64,000 bases of DNA from Ramazzottius varieornatus (lineage: Eukaryota; Animalia; Tardigrada): assembly GCA_001949185.1 (NCBI GenBank), contig BDGG01000006.1:354827-418826 (forward strand), read 5' to 3'. The position numbers and the translations under genes were made by a program. Shown piece by piece: positions 1-12,089 of this stretch (the stretch's first letter is position 1; each line of letters opens with the position of its first letter). Below the pieces are notes generated by a model. It made no database searches and was not told the origin of the DNA. It worked only from the letters and a program-made list of their open reading frames with translations.

Positions 1-46
1 GAGCAATTAATCAGAGTATATTTTGTTGGTTATGTACATGACAGCT

Positions 47-1620
47 TCAGTCTTTCCATGGAGCCAAGAGACCATTAGGATATTGTACTTCGGCTCTTTC
101 GCCGTAAACATTTCTCGACGATGGCCATGCCGAACTGTTATAGACGCGCACCTTTCCCATTATCAGAAGCACTACTTCAGGATAGTCAGCTGCAACATTG
201 TTCCGCTCACATGGATCTGTTACCACATTAAACAAACACGGGGCTACGTTGGGGTCACATGGAGTCGCGGGCGCGTCAGCACATCGAAGTGCCCTTGGTC
301 CATCACTAACCAACGGCGGATCCAAACCACTACTGGGTTCGTACCTACGCTCGACACAATGGAAAAAGGCAGAAGCATGCTACGCAATCATGCGCCTCTT
401 TCCCACCGGCGTTGACGGTCATCCTCGACCGGACCTTGTACCCGTTCCATCTCAATGCATACTCGCCAGCTGTGGCATCCGCCTGCATTGGCAGCTCTTT
501 CCTGGGCGATGGGAGGTCCTCCGACAAGGAAGGCCAGATGTTGCCTCCACCAAGGTTTAACGAGCCGTTGATCGATCCACCGGCAACGTAGAAGAAGGTC
601 GGTAGGAGAATCAGTGATATGGTACAGTTCGCTGGATACTGGACCAGGCTTTGTATCAACGGACTCCACACAAAAGCTGGGACCTGCACGCCACCTTCGA
701 ACCTATGAAATTATTCATCGGGAAGTTTCTTTGCTAACCGCCAGAGTTATGTCGGATTTGGGAGCTCGCATCACAAGCTCGGGAAGATTTTTTTACCAAG
801 TGGTGCACGCCTACAGCCAATTACACGGACAACGTGCGTCACCGGGCAAACAAGGTTAAGTGGCGCCTGTGTTCGGTGTTATTGACTAATAGTGTGCGCC
901 ACTTGAAAACTGATCTTGTCGAGTTTGTCTGCCGAGGTGCCAATTATCAACGTACTGTGTAAAGGCCAGTTGCTGGCAAACGTCGTATCGTTTCAAGTAC
1001 TGATGGCTTGTTCTTCACCGCCTCCGCCGTTGTCCGATAGGAAGAAAATTATCGTATCGTTTGGGACATCTCTTCGTTCCGGGGTTCGAAAGACATGCCC
1101 GACAAAACCATCCCGTGCAGAAACCATTGCTGCAAAGGATATACCAATGTTGCAAATTGCAGCCTGGTCAGAGCACGATGGTCGTCCTTATCCAGCCTCT
1201 GATCTTCAAACTTCCGGCGGCCTTTATGGGTAATGTTGGGGAAGCGATCGGCTACTCTTGGGGAACTTGGAGGACTTCGCCACCATTATCGGCGTGCGGA
1301 GCAAAGTGGGAGAGAAACATGAAAAGCGGCTATAAAGAACCACCTTCGAATTAGGGTCCATTAACTGTTCGGCTTTTCGGATAACAAATTTTCTACACTG
1401 AAGAATGTTGAGTGTAGATCGTACTTGAGCAATATCATGGTTATCGATGCGTTGAACTGCAGCATCGTTGAAACCGTGAGTGGCGTACTGTCCAACATAT
1501 TCCCGAGCCGGCTGTGTTCCATTCCACAGATCAAACAAGAGACGTAGGTGGCCAAGGTTAGTACACTCCTTCCCTGATCCCATTCCAGGGCGACTGTGCG
1601 AGTTTAGTATGTCTTCCAGT
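47..1620 (-). pseudogene. Arylsulfatase B/I/J-like pseudogene (middle and C-terminal part)
   Basis: Fragments match animal arylsulfatases: 'REYVGQYATHGFNDAAVQRIDNHD', 'PLFMFLSHFAPHA', 'TIIFFLSDNGG', 'VPAFVWSPLI' and 'CLFNVVTDPCERNNVA..YPEVV'. They are broken by an in-frame TAG near 1253 and by frameshifts. No N-terminal CxPxR exon was found. Confidence 0.8.
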
Positions 1621-2262
1621 GTATATCTGCTGATTATTAGCGCTACTTTATTTCTCCCATAAGTAGGGCGTGATTTTACTTTTAGGCATCGAAGGCTGTT
1701 AACCGAGTAAGTGCGAGAGAAATGGGCGATAAACGGCAATTTAGTTCTCCTTGATCTTTTGTGCAAGCCGTTCAAAAACCTGGCTTATCACTAGCCTCAA
1801 GAAGAAATGTTTTTTGCCAATCAGATTTTTTTGCCATGAGTAAACAGATACGCGCAAACTCTCTTTACGTCGAACGAACTTTAGAAGTTAAAGTAGCCGA
1901 TATTCAGTCATTTTCCGACCACTGTTCTTGAAACCGACCGACACGAGCTAACGAACAGTCAACAGCAAGCAGTCGAGCCTTAACCTTTGCCTCCAAGCAG
2001 CAGACGGCCAAAAAATATAAAAAGCCGGAGGATTTGAGAAAAGTAGCGCTCCAAATATTCGTGATATCCACTTGCATATTTTGTTTTCCAGCAAGATAAA
2101 CGTTGTTTAGGGACAGCCACGACACATCTCGAGTCAAAACTTTTGTATCAATATGATATTACTACATGTACAGGGTAAGTTTTGCGCTATACACCTAGAT
2201 GGTTAACCCACTCGTTGACAAAGTCAACAAACAGCAAGTAGTAGTACAACAAGATGTAGTGT

Positions 2263-4761
2263 TTAGTAGCTGGACGACAAACTGAAGGGAGTAAAGGCCG
2301 CCGTTTCCGGGATGGGGTTGGCATCTTGCCAGGGAACCCACCATCCATCCCACAAGCTAGGGTTGCTCTTTGGATCGACAGGAACATTGTTGGCCTTGAC
2401 GGCGGTGGCATTATAAGCCTTCAGCTTATCCTGTAGACGAGAGAGGATACGAGGAAAGACAGCAGCCAGGTTTCGGGTTTCACAAGGATCGTTGGTTATG
2501 TCAAAGAGGCAGTCCCGCACCCAGGGAACGCATGCCGTCACTTCCTTGCCGGCTGGCGACTGGCCACAATCGACCTGTGTCGGAGTGAAGGTTTTCATTG
2601 GCTTCTTATCGCTGGTTCCTTCTGTCCGAACCCTGCACAAAATAAGTTACAGCAAATTATCTTACATCGCTTTTAGATGATCACTATTTTTGAGTAAGCA
2701 GAATAATTGAAAAGGCCGGCAAACGGAACGTACGAGAGCGCGATATTACATTTGCTGGCGCACACCGTCAGCCAATAACACCGAATACGTGCGCCACTTG
2801 GAATAACGATGTTGTGCGTTTCGTTTGCTGGACCTCCCAATGTACAAGAGAAAAAATCGGAAAGGCTGACCAGCCGATGAAGCTGCGATCACGTCCAAAC
2901 ATTTCCCCTCCAAGCAGTTTGAAGTAGTTGCCACTACACTGGTCCTCTTCGATGATGGCATACTGCTTACCGACCTTCTCGATGGTGTTGACCATTTCAC
3001 GGCGTGGACCCGGTCTGTCGATGCCCCTCTTGAAGTTGGACCAGTGGCTGACACCGGAGAGGTCGTACTTGGCCAAGTTGGCTTGACTTCCGCCAGCCGC
3101 TTCGTACAAGGTGGGCAGCCAGTCGGTCATGTGCATCAAGCGGTGGGAGACGTAGCCGCGGTACTTGAGCTGCGGGTACCAGATGAAGCAGGGCACGCGG
3201 ATGCCGCCTTCGAAGTAGTTGGTCTTGCCCATTCGCAGTGGCCAGTTGGAGCCGTGGTTGATGGCGTCCTTGTCGAAGTTGCTGAGATCAGGCGCTCCGT
3301 TGTCCGACATGAAGATTATTATGGTGTTTTCGAGGATACCCTTTTCCTTCAGAGCGCTTGTCAGCCGACCGATTTGGTCATCCACCGACTGGATTTGAGC
3401 TAAAGAAAAAGGCCACCTTATGCTCAAGAGAGACGAGGCGGCTGTGCGTGCCTCTTGTTACCCAGTTCCTTCTTGCGTTCGATCCAAGTATCGTTCAGTA
3501 AAGTACGAACAGCAGGCCGAAGCTGAAACTGTGGCATGTTGAAGAGGGCTCCGCGGTTGTATTCGTCAGCTTTCCGCGGCAGAGTGGTGGCGAAATGGAG
3601 GTAGAAAGGCTTGGCCGGGTCGGTGTTCTTGATAATCTGTTCGGCTCGTTCCAGCATAAGATCAGGGAAGAAGTGGTTGTTGGTATGGTTAGCCGGGATC
3701 TTCTTGCCGTTCTCGAACAAGTCTCAGCCTTGCTGAATACCGCCATATGCTCCCTGCAAGTACCGAATGTTACGGAAGGAATGAAGCACGAAAACTTTCC
3801 TTCTTCCCTGCCGAGATATCACGGACAAGGCTGAAGAGGTGTGCAGGTGGACTTACGGAGCAGGTAGTATAGTTGAAGGGGTGCGTCCTGCCTTGTGTGA
3901 TTCCAAACCAGCAATCAAACCCCCGGGCACCTAGTCAAATTGAAAGACATGAGTAGACAATTATTTTCTGACGAGAGTACGTGGTAAACGATTCTGTGTA
4001 CCCGGGAGGAAAGCTCTGGTATGAGCTCCCAAATGCCACTGTAAAAATACACCGATTAAAATGATGCGTTGTGGGTGGTACTACACGAAATCTGTTTTTA
4101 CTGATTGTGAAGGTGAACATACCTTGCCCAGAAAATTTGTGGAATAATTGAGCTCTTTCAAGAACTGAGGCACTATGGGGAAGTTTGTTGGCAGTCCCCA
4201 GGCTTCGCCAGCACGAACGGCACTGTAGGCCATACCTACGAGTAGTGCATGGTAGAAGCTCCATATTATTAAATTGATAACTGCCTGTTTATTTGTCGCA
4301 GCTGATAGATGGACTTACCAGTTTAAAAGACGTACTTGCCGCTCATGTATGAGGCGCAGGAAGGAGTACAAACGGAGTTGGTGTAAAACCTGTCCATGAT
4401 CACGCCACTGTTGGCCAGCTTATCAGTGTTCGGCGTCGGTGTTTGCAGGCTGCCTTCCGTGTAACCTACGTCAGTTCTTCCCTAGAAAAAGCTTGCTCAT
4501 CCTGGCCAACTGGGTTGAAAAGAAATAAAACTTAAACCGAAATGATTAGCAGTGTTATGAATGGTCACTCGCCAGGTCGTCAGCCATGTAAACCACAATC
4601 TTGGGCTGGCGCCTTTTCTTGAGCTTTCCCTGCGGTTGACGATAAGCTGGACCTTCGTCGCCCGAATCATCGTGCGAGGGCCAGTATGCAGGACCGTCCC
4701 TCGCTATACAGATCGATGCAAGATAGACAAGGGATAATAGGGAAGCTGCCGGAGATTTCAT
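2263..4761 (-). pseudogene. Arylsulfatase B-like gene, multi-exon, apparently recently disabled
   Basis: Signal peptide MKSPAASLLSLVYLASICIA. Conserved blocks: 'IVVYMADDLG', 'TPNTDKLA', 'FLGK|WHLG', 'RGFD', 'NTIIIFMSDNG', 'GSNWPLRMGK..FEGGIRVP', 'MHMTDWLPTL', 'CLFDITNDPCETRNLA'. The active-site motif reads CTPSC instead of CTPSR (4356-4358), and there is an in-frame TAA at 4323-4325. Confidence 0.8.
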
Positions 4762-5417
4762 CGGCCCTCCGACAAAGCAACGGCGCAAGGAGATGCAACG
4801 GGGACGAACGTACTCTTCTACTCAGTACAGATTTGTAATATAAGTAAAAATGTGGAAGCCGACAAACTTCTAATCAAACGCGGAACTCACCGTCTGCCTC
4901 AGATCGGCTGGCTTATTGCTAGGTGGTGCAATCAAGTTTGAATCAAGCGAACATTTAGCCTTTATCTGCCTTCCAAGTTTCCGGACGAGTCTTGACTGTT
5001 TTACGTTGTATAAGCGCAGGCCGCAGGCAGGTGCGACGTAAGCTAATTTGCTTCGGGAAAAAGTCAACGTCAACGTCCAAATTGCTTGTGAGTAATTGAA
5101 ATATACAATGGGGTAGTCCAAGCGTAACTTCTTCTCGACTGTGTTTGATTGACCGTTATTGACAGCAACCACAGAATACAAAAACAAGGCAGTAAATATG
5201 ACCCATAAGTCGTAAAACACACATTGAGTGGCAAATCAGCCATCTTTTTCTGACTCCCGAAGAACCCGTAGCATGAAAACACTTCTTACGTGTAACAGGT
5301 GTAAACCATTATTTGTACACCATACATTCGTACCACAGCTTTCGAGTGACCATGCACTTCTGTCAAGGAATAAATAATACCATGCACCACAGCAGTAACT
5401 CAAATCAGACTTTGAAC

Positions 5418-7970
5418 TCAGGTGAATGAAAATTTCTGGTGGGTCGCAGGTGTCGCTTTCTGGTTTAGCTCCAGGGCCCAAACGTGCTGCGGCCAGCCCG
5501 TCCGGTTCTTTCGTGACATTTTCTTTGCTGAAGTCGAGGTGGGCGTTATACTCTGTGAAAACAAAAAACAATGAAAATTTTGTTGCTGTACCATACAGCT
5601 GAAAAGAATGCGGACGTTTTCTCGAGCCGGAACATCAGGTGAAAAAAAAATCATTTCGGACTGATCCTTTTGGTCTTGGAACATAACTGCTCAGGAAACG
5701 TTTTTTCATCTGGGATACTTTTGCTCCAGTTAAAACGGTTGATGCGGTCTTTCGTATGACTCATCGGGGCTCGTTAAAGTCCAGATTTCGGGTCATGATC
5801 GAGTTATAAAGTTTTTTGTGGAGGGTGAATGGCTGTTATCAGTGGACTTTGGACCTCGTTGAATATCTGTCGCTTTTTGCCCGGAGTGTCTGCTTTGAAA
5901 CCAAAAAGGCACTGCCAAGATTTGGGCTGGCTACCATAATAACCAAAGCAATGGAAGAAATAGCTTTCGATCAGGGAATTGGAATTTATTATCCAAACCG
6001 ATGGTCTATTCAGAAGGAACCACACTGTGTGCTCAGCTGCGCGATTGGTGAGCCGGCTGGAGCACAAGTTGCAGTTTGATGTTAAACGAGTGGCAAGCAG
6101 ATGAGTGGCACCTGATGGCTCACCACACCCTCTTTCTAGAACTTTTTGGCTTGGACCCTCGGCAGGGGAATTTCTCCCCTGGTACCGGGGTAAGTGGTCA
6201 GCAGAAAGGGTGACCACTGATCAGTCGTTACCTAGGGCTAACCAAAACGGACGGTGACTGACCAGATGTCCCTCATCAAAACCAACAAACTGATGTCCCA
6301 AAAGAGCTTTTTGCACCGCCCCGACGAAACCAATCAGTCCGAAAGTATCGTCCGAACAAATCCTATGTCAGATCAGCTCAGAGAATGTGTTTTAATGGGC
6401 ATATTGACAAAGTTAAAAGCTGATCTAAAGGAAGACGATTCATTTTGATGGAAAGATAAGCTGGCGTCATTGTAGCCATTGCCAGACGACAGCTATGGCG
6501 ACCATGGCGGAACCAACATCCGGCCTCCAGTTTCAAGCTCCGAAGTGTGCCTTATCGTTAAGGCCCAATTAAAGACGCTTAGCACTTGTCTCCATTACAG
6601 CCGCCTCCATAAGCACCATAAATCTCCCTAAGCTTGATGCTGCAAGGCCAGATGACCCGCAAAACATTATGCATATTGCATCTTTCTCCATCGGATCGCA
6701 ATGAGACAATCGGAACATTCTTGTTCCTTGACACACTCCCACACCGACAAATATTTTTCTACCCCAGCGAACCGTAGTAATTAATGCAAGACTTCAAAAT
6801 GCGTAGTTTTAAATTTTGGTCAACTTTCGTTTAAAAATTTCTGTAAATTCAGAGATCTCAGAAATTTCCAGTTCGTAAAATTTCTCACCTCAAACACGGC
6901 TAAAGGGTTTATAACATTTTCTGACCTTTCCACTGTTGCTTAAAGTGATGTATTTGATCAATGTTTCGATGTCAGTCTAATGTTAAATCTTCTAGACAAG
7001 AAAGCCAAAAACTATTCAAATAGTCTGTGTATTTATTACCTTGAGTGCTTCGCCTCGCTTTCGTCGCTCGTCTCGTCTTTCCAGTGTCTTGGTGAGAATG
7101 CTGCGGAAGCCATCGGCCGGGTTGAGCGGTGACTGGCCGTCGTTCTTGTCGAGAACCTCCATCAGGTGAGCGATGTAGCTGGTGGCCAAGCGCAAGGTCT
7201 TGATCTTGGACAGCTTGGTGTCCATTGGAACATTGGGAATACAGTCGCGCAGATCAGAGAAGGCCGTGTTGATACTGATGGTTCGCCGCCGCTCCTTCTT
7301 GTTGGCCGATACCCGTCGCTTGACCACTCTGACTTTTGGCAGAAATATGGAGGCCATGTTCTTGGCGTTGAGGCTGGCACTGGGTCTTCCTGGAAAGCCC
7401 CAACGAATTACAAACGGTGTGAACCTTAACTTCATATGGAGGGTGGGAGATGACATCAAAAGCGGTCTAAAAGTGTTCGCTGCACCTTGCTTGCACGAAA
7501 GAACAAAACTACCAGACATCGAGTTTCATAAAAACCCCACAATTGGCAACATGTAAACGATTTAGTTTATTTTCCAGGAAGTAATACACAGGCTTTACTA
7601 CAAATCAGGGAAGAAAAAGGGAAAGTGGGCGCGTACCTGTGAACTGTGAAGTGGTGCCATTTCCACTCCTTGGACCTCCCGAATATTGCTCATACTGGCT
7701 CAGTGGACTGGAAGATCCAAAATTGGGAAGACTGTAGGTGGAGTTGGTGGGAGAAGCGGAGGAAGTGGACATGACGTCGTTCGGCCATCCAGGAAGACTG
7801 TGGTCGTAGGGGGATGACGAACTCAAGTTGACGGCTTCAGTGTGACAGTAGGCCGATTGATACTGGCACGAATCCGGCTCGTAGTTTGTTGAAGCAAAAA
7901 TAACCGCCTCGTTTGTCAAATTAGCCGGATGGAAATAATTCGAGCAAGTATAACCGACAAGCGAAGCCAT
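5418..7970 (-). CDS. Hand: Hand-family bHLH transcription factor (3 or more exons: about 7970-7637, bHLH exon ending at 7040, 5552-5418)
   Basis: bHLH 'KRRVSANKKERRRTISINTAFSDLRDCIPNVPMDTKLSKIKTLRLATSYIAHL'. The diagnostic C-terminal 'RTGWPQHVWALEL' lies in a separate exon joined by a phase-0 GT-AG intron. Confidence 0.95.
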
Positions 7971-10900
7971 CTTGCTTCACACCGTCAGGCAAACAAGGTC
8001 AGCAACAAAACTTTTTCCAAATTGCTGTCGACCGATTTTTAATGTAGGTAGCATGAGAACTTTCAGAACGGAAAAGTCTCGAAAATACTCAGTCGGATGA
8101 TGAGAAGATGGAAGAGGGGGAAAATACGGAATAGTGAACTGGGAAAGAAGGTTCAAGTTGCAAAGTTAGTTTTGCTATAAATACGTGGTCGCGCTTTGTC
8201 GCTCAGGAAAATTGTCATTGGTGATAGTCGGAGCGATGGTTGATCAAGTTTAGCTTTGGCCGTTCTTCGGTCTTTGCAGTTCTCAGCATGACTGGCTCAA
8301 GGCGAAATATGAGATGGCTTGTACGCTATGGCATATTGCGGCACTGGTGCTCATTTGCGATAAGACAGTGGTAATCGAGTACACCATAAGACAATCTCCA
8401 TGACTTTACTCAGCTTAACCTTCCTTATTGGCGCGCCATCGATATCCTTCCACTGACATTGAATGGAAGTTTGAAATGTCAAATGCGCGGGTCACGGCGG
8501 ATACGCGCCTGCCCGCCCGTGCCAGGCAGACTACACACAATGGCGCCAACGCGGCATCCGGCCTTTTAATCAAAATAATCAACAATTCAATCACACTTCC
8601 AAATACTGCTGTTGCATTAAAGCACATTATTTTCACATTTTAAACTTTAAAAGTCTTTCAACGCAAATCAAAAATAAAACAGGAGCTGTTCGAGCTCTGT
8701 GGTTCGAGATTATCAAAAAGTCAATGCTAAATCACCGCTACCTTTTCACAGTTTTTCTACGTGGATATTGATCCATCGAACAAACCTTTTAGAGCAGAGA
8801 GCGGATTTCTGTGCAATTAAAGAGAAGAGATAGGAGTTTTTCAGAATCACATGGCAAAAGGTTCTTTCTTGCTAAATATGGACAAGTGTGTGGAGAATTT
8901 CGGGCTAATATGTAAGAAAGCTTTCAACGGTAAAGTGGATCCCTCATTACAAGCCACCGTGGGTAGCCAAGCATTTGTCATCGGGTACAGGGTGACACGA
9001 GACATAGAACTAAGGTGGTAATTGCTAGGTCGAGCTAGACTCTTCCCTCTCGCCTCCCACTTTGCACCCCAAATTCCGTACATGCAGTATCTCTCCCTTT
9101 TAATGGCCTGATCCATTTTGCCTAGCTGTGCCACTGTGCAGCAGTCCATCTTCGTTGGTAGTCCTGCTGTTGAAAGATGGTAATGGCCAATGAAGTGTCT
9201 TTCCAATTGGCACTCTGACTTGCTGCTGGTTTCGATAAATTGGACAGACCAGGAAGTAAGTTCACTCCCTTAAAACCTGGCCCTGCTCGGACAATCTTTA
9301 TACCTTTAACGAATCTCCCTCTTTCATTCCGCTAACTCTTCGCACTTCGCCAGATCATGCGTATTTTCCCCTAAAGTCTGCTTTTGGAGTTTTAAGAATT
9401 CTTGAAGAATCTCATGAAAAAGACTAAAATCATGAAAGAAAGCTGCATGTTTGCGTGGCAGGTAGTAGGTTAGAATTGACGACTTGGTGACCACTGTACA
9501 ATCAAGGGGGAAAAGCGGTTGCAATTAGGTGGGCGTGGCGGGCCATGAAGCGGCAAGGCGGCACTGCTCATTCATACGACCTGGCTGTTTATGTAGTATC
9601 TGACCGCTGTAAAGTGGCGCTAACACGAACAAGTGCGCTTCCGTGACTGTGGCTGTTGATAGCGTTTAGCCGGTCATCAAACGTGTTTGTTTGCTTGAAG
9701 GAAGGTGTGGGGGTAGTGGCGACAGGCCGGCGCTGGGGATTGGTGTCAGTAGGTACCGTCGCTACCTTCTCATTACAACCGCCAGAGGCCCGTCATCGCC
9801 AGTACAACTCGCGCGTAATAAGATGTCATTTGCCGGACAGAACAGCCATTATTGAGACCTATTAGAACCTCGACCGTTTGCGCTGCTTTGTCATCGAGAT
9901 GCATACCTCTAGTGGTTAGACAAGCGCAAAAACATTGCAATAACGGAAGCGACAACGGGCACCGAACAGGTTATGGTACATACCGCATTCGGGCTCGACT
10001 TTTTCGAAGCAGATTTGGGTATCTCCACGTGAGAATGCGTCCAAAGTGTGTCTGACCAAATTGTTCAGTAGAGCGTTTTGAAGTTTCCGGACCCTAAAGT
10101 CTCACTGCAACGAGACTTGCGCCTACATCAAACAGACCCCGAGAAACACGAATCTGAAGTCAGAATCAAAGTTCCTACCACAGGTCAGAATGTTACAAGC
10201 GGCAACCCAAAAGAGCGTGAAGACTGTGTGGTGCATAAATCGGCACGCGCAACGGTCAAATACAATGTTCGCAGCTGTGTTCGATCAGTTATGGACTGTA
10301 TGTTCGGCCACCTATAATTTGACAAATGAATGAATGCGACAAGGTTTCAGCAAAGGGACCCCTACCAGCAGAGTACGTAACTAATATTGCGTGAAGCCTC
10401 TGATATTTCTCACTTTCACCGTATGCAGACTCATGTTGAGAGAAAAACAGAGAAGTGAACAAATTCAGAAGTACGTAGGTATCTGTTCTGCCCGCTGACG
10501 TCGCTGTCAGATGGCGCTGCATCTTAAGCAGCGAAGTGGGGGCTTTCTGATGGTCGTGTCACTTGAGCCTGCGTCTATAATCTCCACTGCTTACAAGGTT
10601 CCTCGAGCTGCTACGTTCGCTGACAGTCGGCGGACTACGAAACGAAAAGGTTGAAGATAAACTCATCACCGGCACGTAATCCTGTAGGTAAGTCGGCCCT
10701 TCTGCGCTACCGGCAACTTTCAGCAGCTTCCGTGTACCAGCAACCAAGCTAACTAAAGCCATGCCGTCAAGGTTCGAACCGTTCTAATCACTGTACATCT
10801 TTAAAACTCCAAGTCGCATCATTCGGCGGTAAGCTCGATCCGAGGTCGATGATGACGCGCATATGTATCTACCCTCATTCCATTTCATGCGCCATGATTT

Positions 10901-11077
10901 TTTTAGCTTCATAGCAGCCTTCTGGCACATACGCAGAGGTATTATTATCCATTGTTTAAACCCCAGGATGTGTCGATGGTTGACTAAGCGCACGTACGCA
11001 GAAAGCCCTTTCGTGAGACGCATCTTCCAGGTGCAAAGCAAAACATCCGTGCAGAAGAAGACATGTTCCCGGCTTCC

Positions 11078-11084
11078 TATATAA
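11078..11084 (+). promoter_or_regulatory. Candidate TATA box (TATATAA) upstream of the neuropeptide-like gene
   Basis: TATATAAG lies about 135 bp upstream of the ATG at 11216. Confidence 0.45.
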
Positions 11085-11215
11085 GGCCTTCTAGGCAAAA
11101 CACCAGCTTGTAATCCACAAGCTCTGTTCATTATTTAAGAATACGGCACTTGAGGAACCTGTTATTAGGTCTCAAGAGACATTTTCTGCCGTTCCGTGTT
11201 GTTGCGAGTGACAAA

Positions 11216-11596
11216 ATGTTGCAAGCAAGCCTGTTTGTACCTGTGGCTTTTCTTCTGACAACGGCTAGTATCATCGGCGCCTCCATCAACACCCAGCTGA
11301 CATTTGGACCGGGAGCCGCTTGGCGTTCGCGCGGTCCACTAGCATCGTCCATGCGCTGGGGCCATTCGGAGGCCGACAAGCCCAAATACCGACAACGGAC
11401 CATCTGGACGCCCAGCATTTGGGGCATCAACCTGGGCAAACGAGGCGCCAACCTTGAGGAAGATGGCGCGACGGCAGCCAACGACCTTGGCAGCATGCAA
11501 GAAACTCCGTCTGAAGCTCGCAGAAGGGACGACGTCGTCAGGATGTTCAGCCTGGTTGGCTTGATCAATTCGGCTGGAGCTACGGCTGCCCAATAA
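11216..11596 (+). CDS. Putative neuropeptide precursor (AKH/ACP/corazonin/GnRH-superfamily-like), 126 aa
   Basis: Hydrophobic signal peptide, then QLTFGPGAAW-RSR and R-QRTIWTPSIWGINL-GKR (amidation plus dibasic site), an acidic tail and a further RRR site. AATAAA overlaps the stop codon. Confidence 0.7.
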   Translation: MLQASLFVPVAFLLTTASIIGASINTQLTFGPGAAWRSRGPLASSMRWGHSEADKPKYRQRTIWTPSIWGINLGKRGANLEEDGATAANDLGSMQETPSEARRRDDVVRMFSLVGLINSAGATAAQ

Positions 11597-12089
11597 AGAC
11601 TTCTAAAGACATGTCTAATTCGCTTCCATGTGGGTTGGTGCGAAAGTTCCGCTACCTAACACCGTTAAGCAAAAACCTCCTTTCCCCTTGTTTAATCTCA
11701 CGCTTACTCGTAATTTAACTTGATGCCTCCTGTCGTTCACATCTCCGTTATTCAATCATCTTTAGATTCGAAACGTCAAAAGCAAGCCCTCATGCGCGTA
11801 TTATAATGGACGATAAGTCGTACAGAAAAATCTCTACAGCATATGTACACGTAAAGTTTAGATACAAGGAGCTGGTACTACTGCTGGGCGAACTACACAA
11901 AAAAGGTCTACGCGACAAAGATTGTCAAGAGAGGAGAAAACAAAGTGAACAAAGTGAAGTTAAACAAAGTGAATTCAAACGTACGTCTCCGTAACAAAGC
12001 ACAGACAGCAGTAAATGAAAGATACAGATACTTAATTCATCATCTTTGAACAGTTAGTGTTAAACAGTGGGACAATTGGGGTGGCGACA

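Noticed and set aside
2768-3720. Horizontal transfer of the GC-rich sulfatase exons from bacteria
   Set aside because: The gene has many spliceosomal introns and animal ARSB-type C-terminal motifs (CLF.I..DPCE).
5590-6400. Weak inverted similarity (ATCAGTCCGAAA) in the Hand intron
   Set aside because: Too short and degenerate to define an element.
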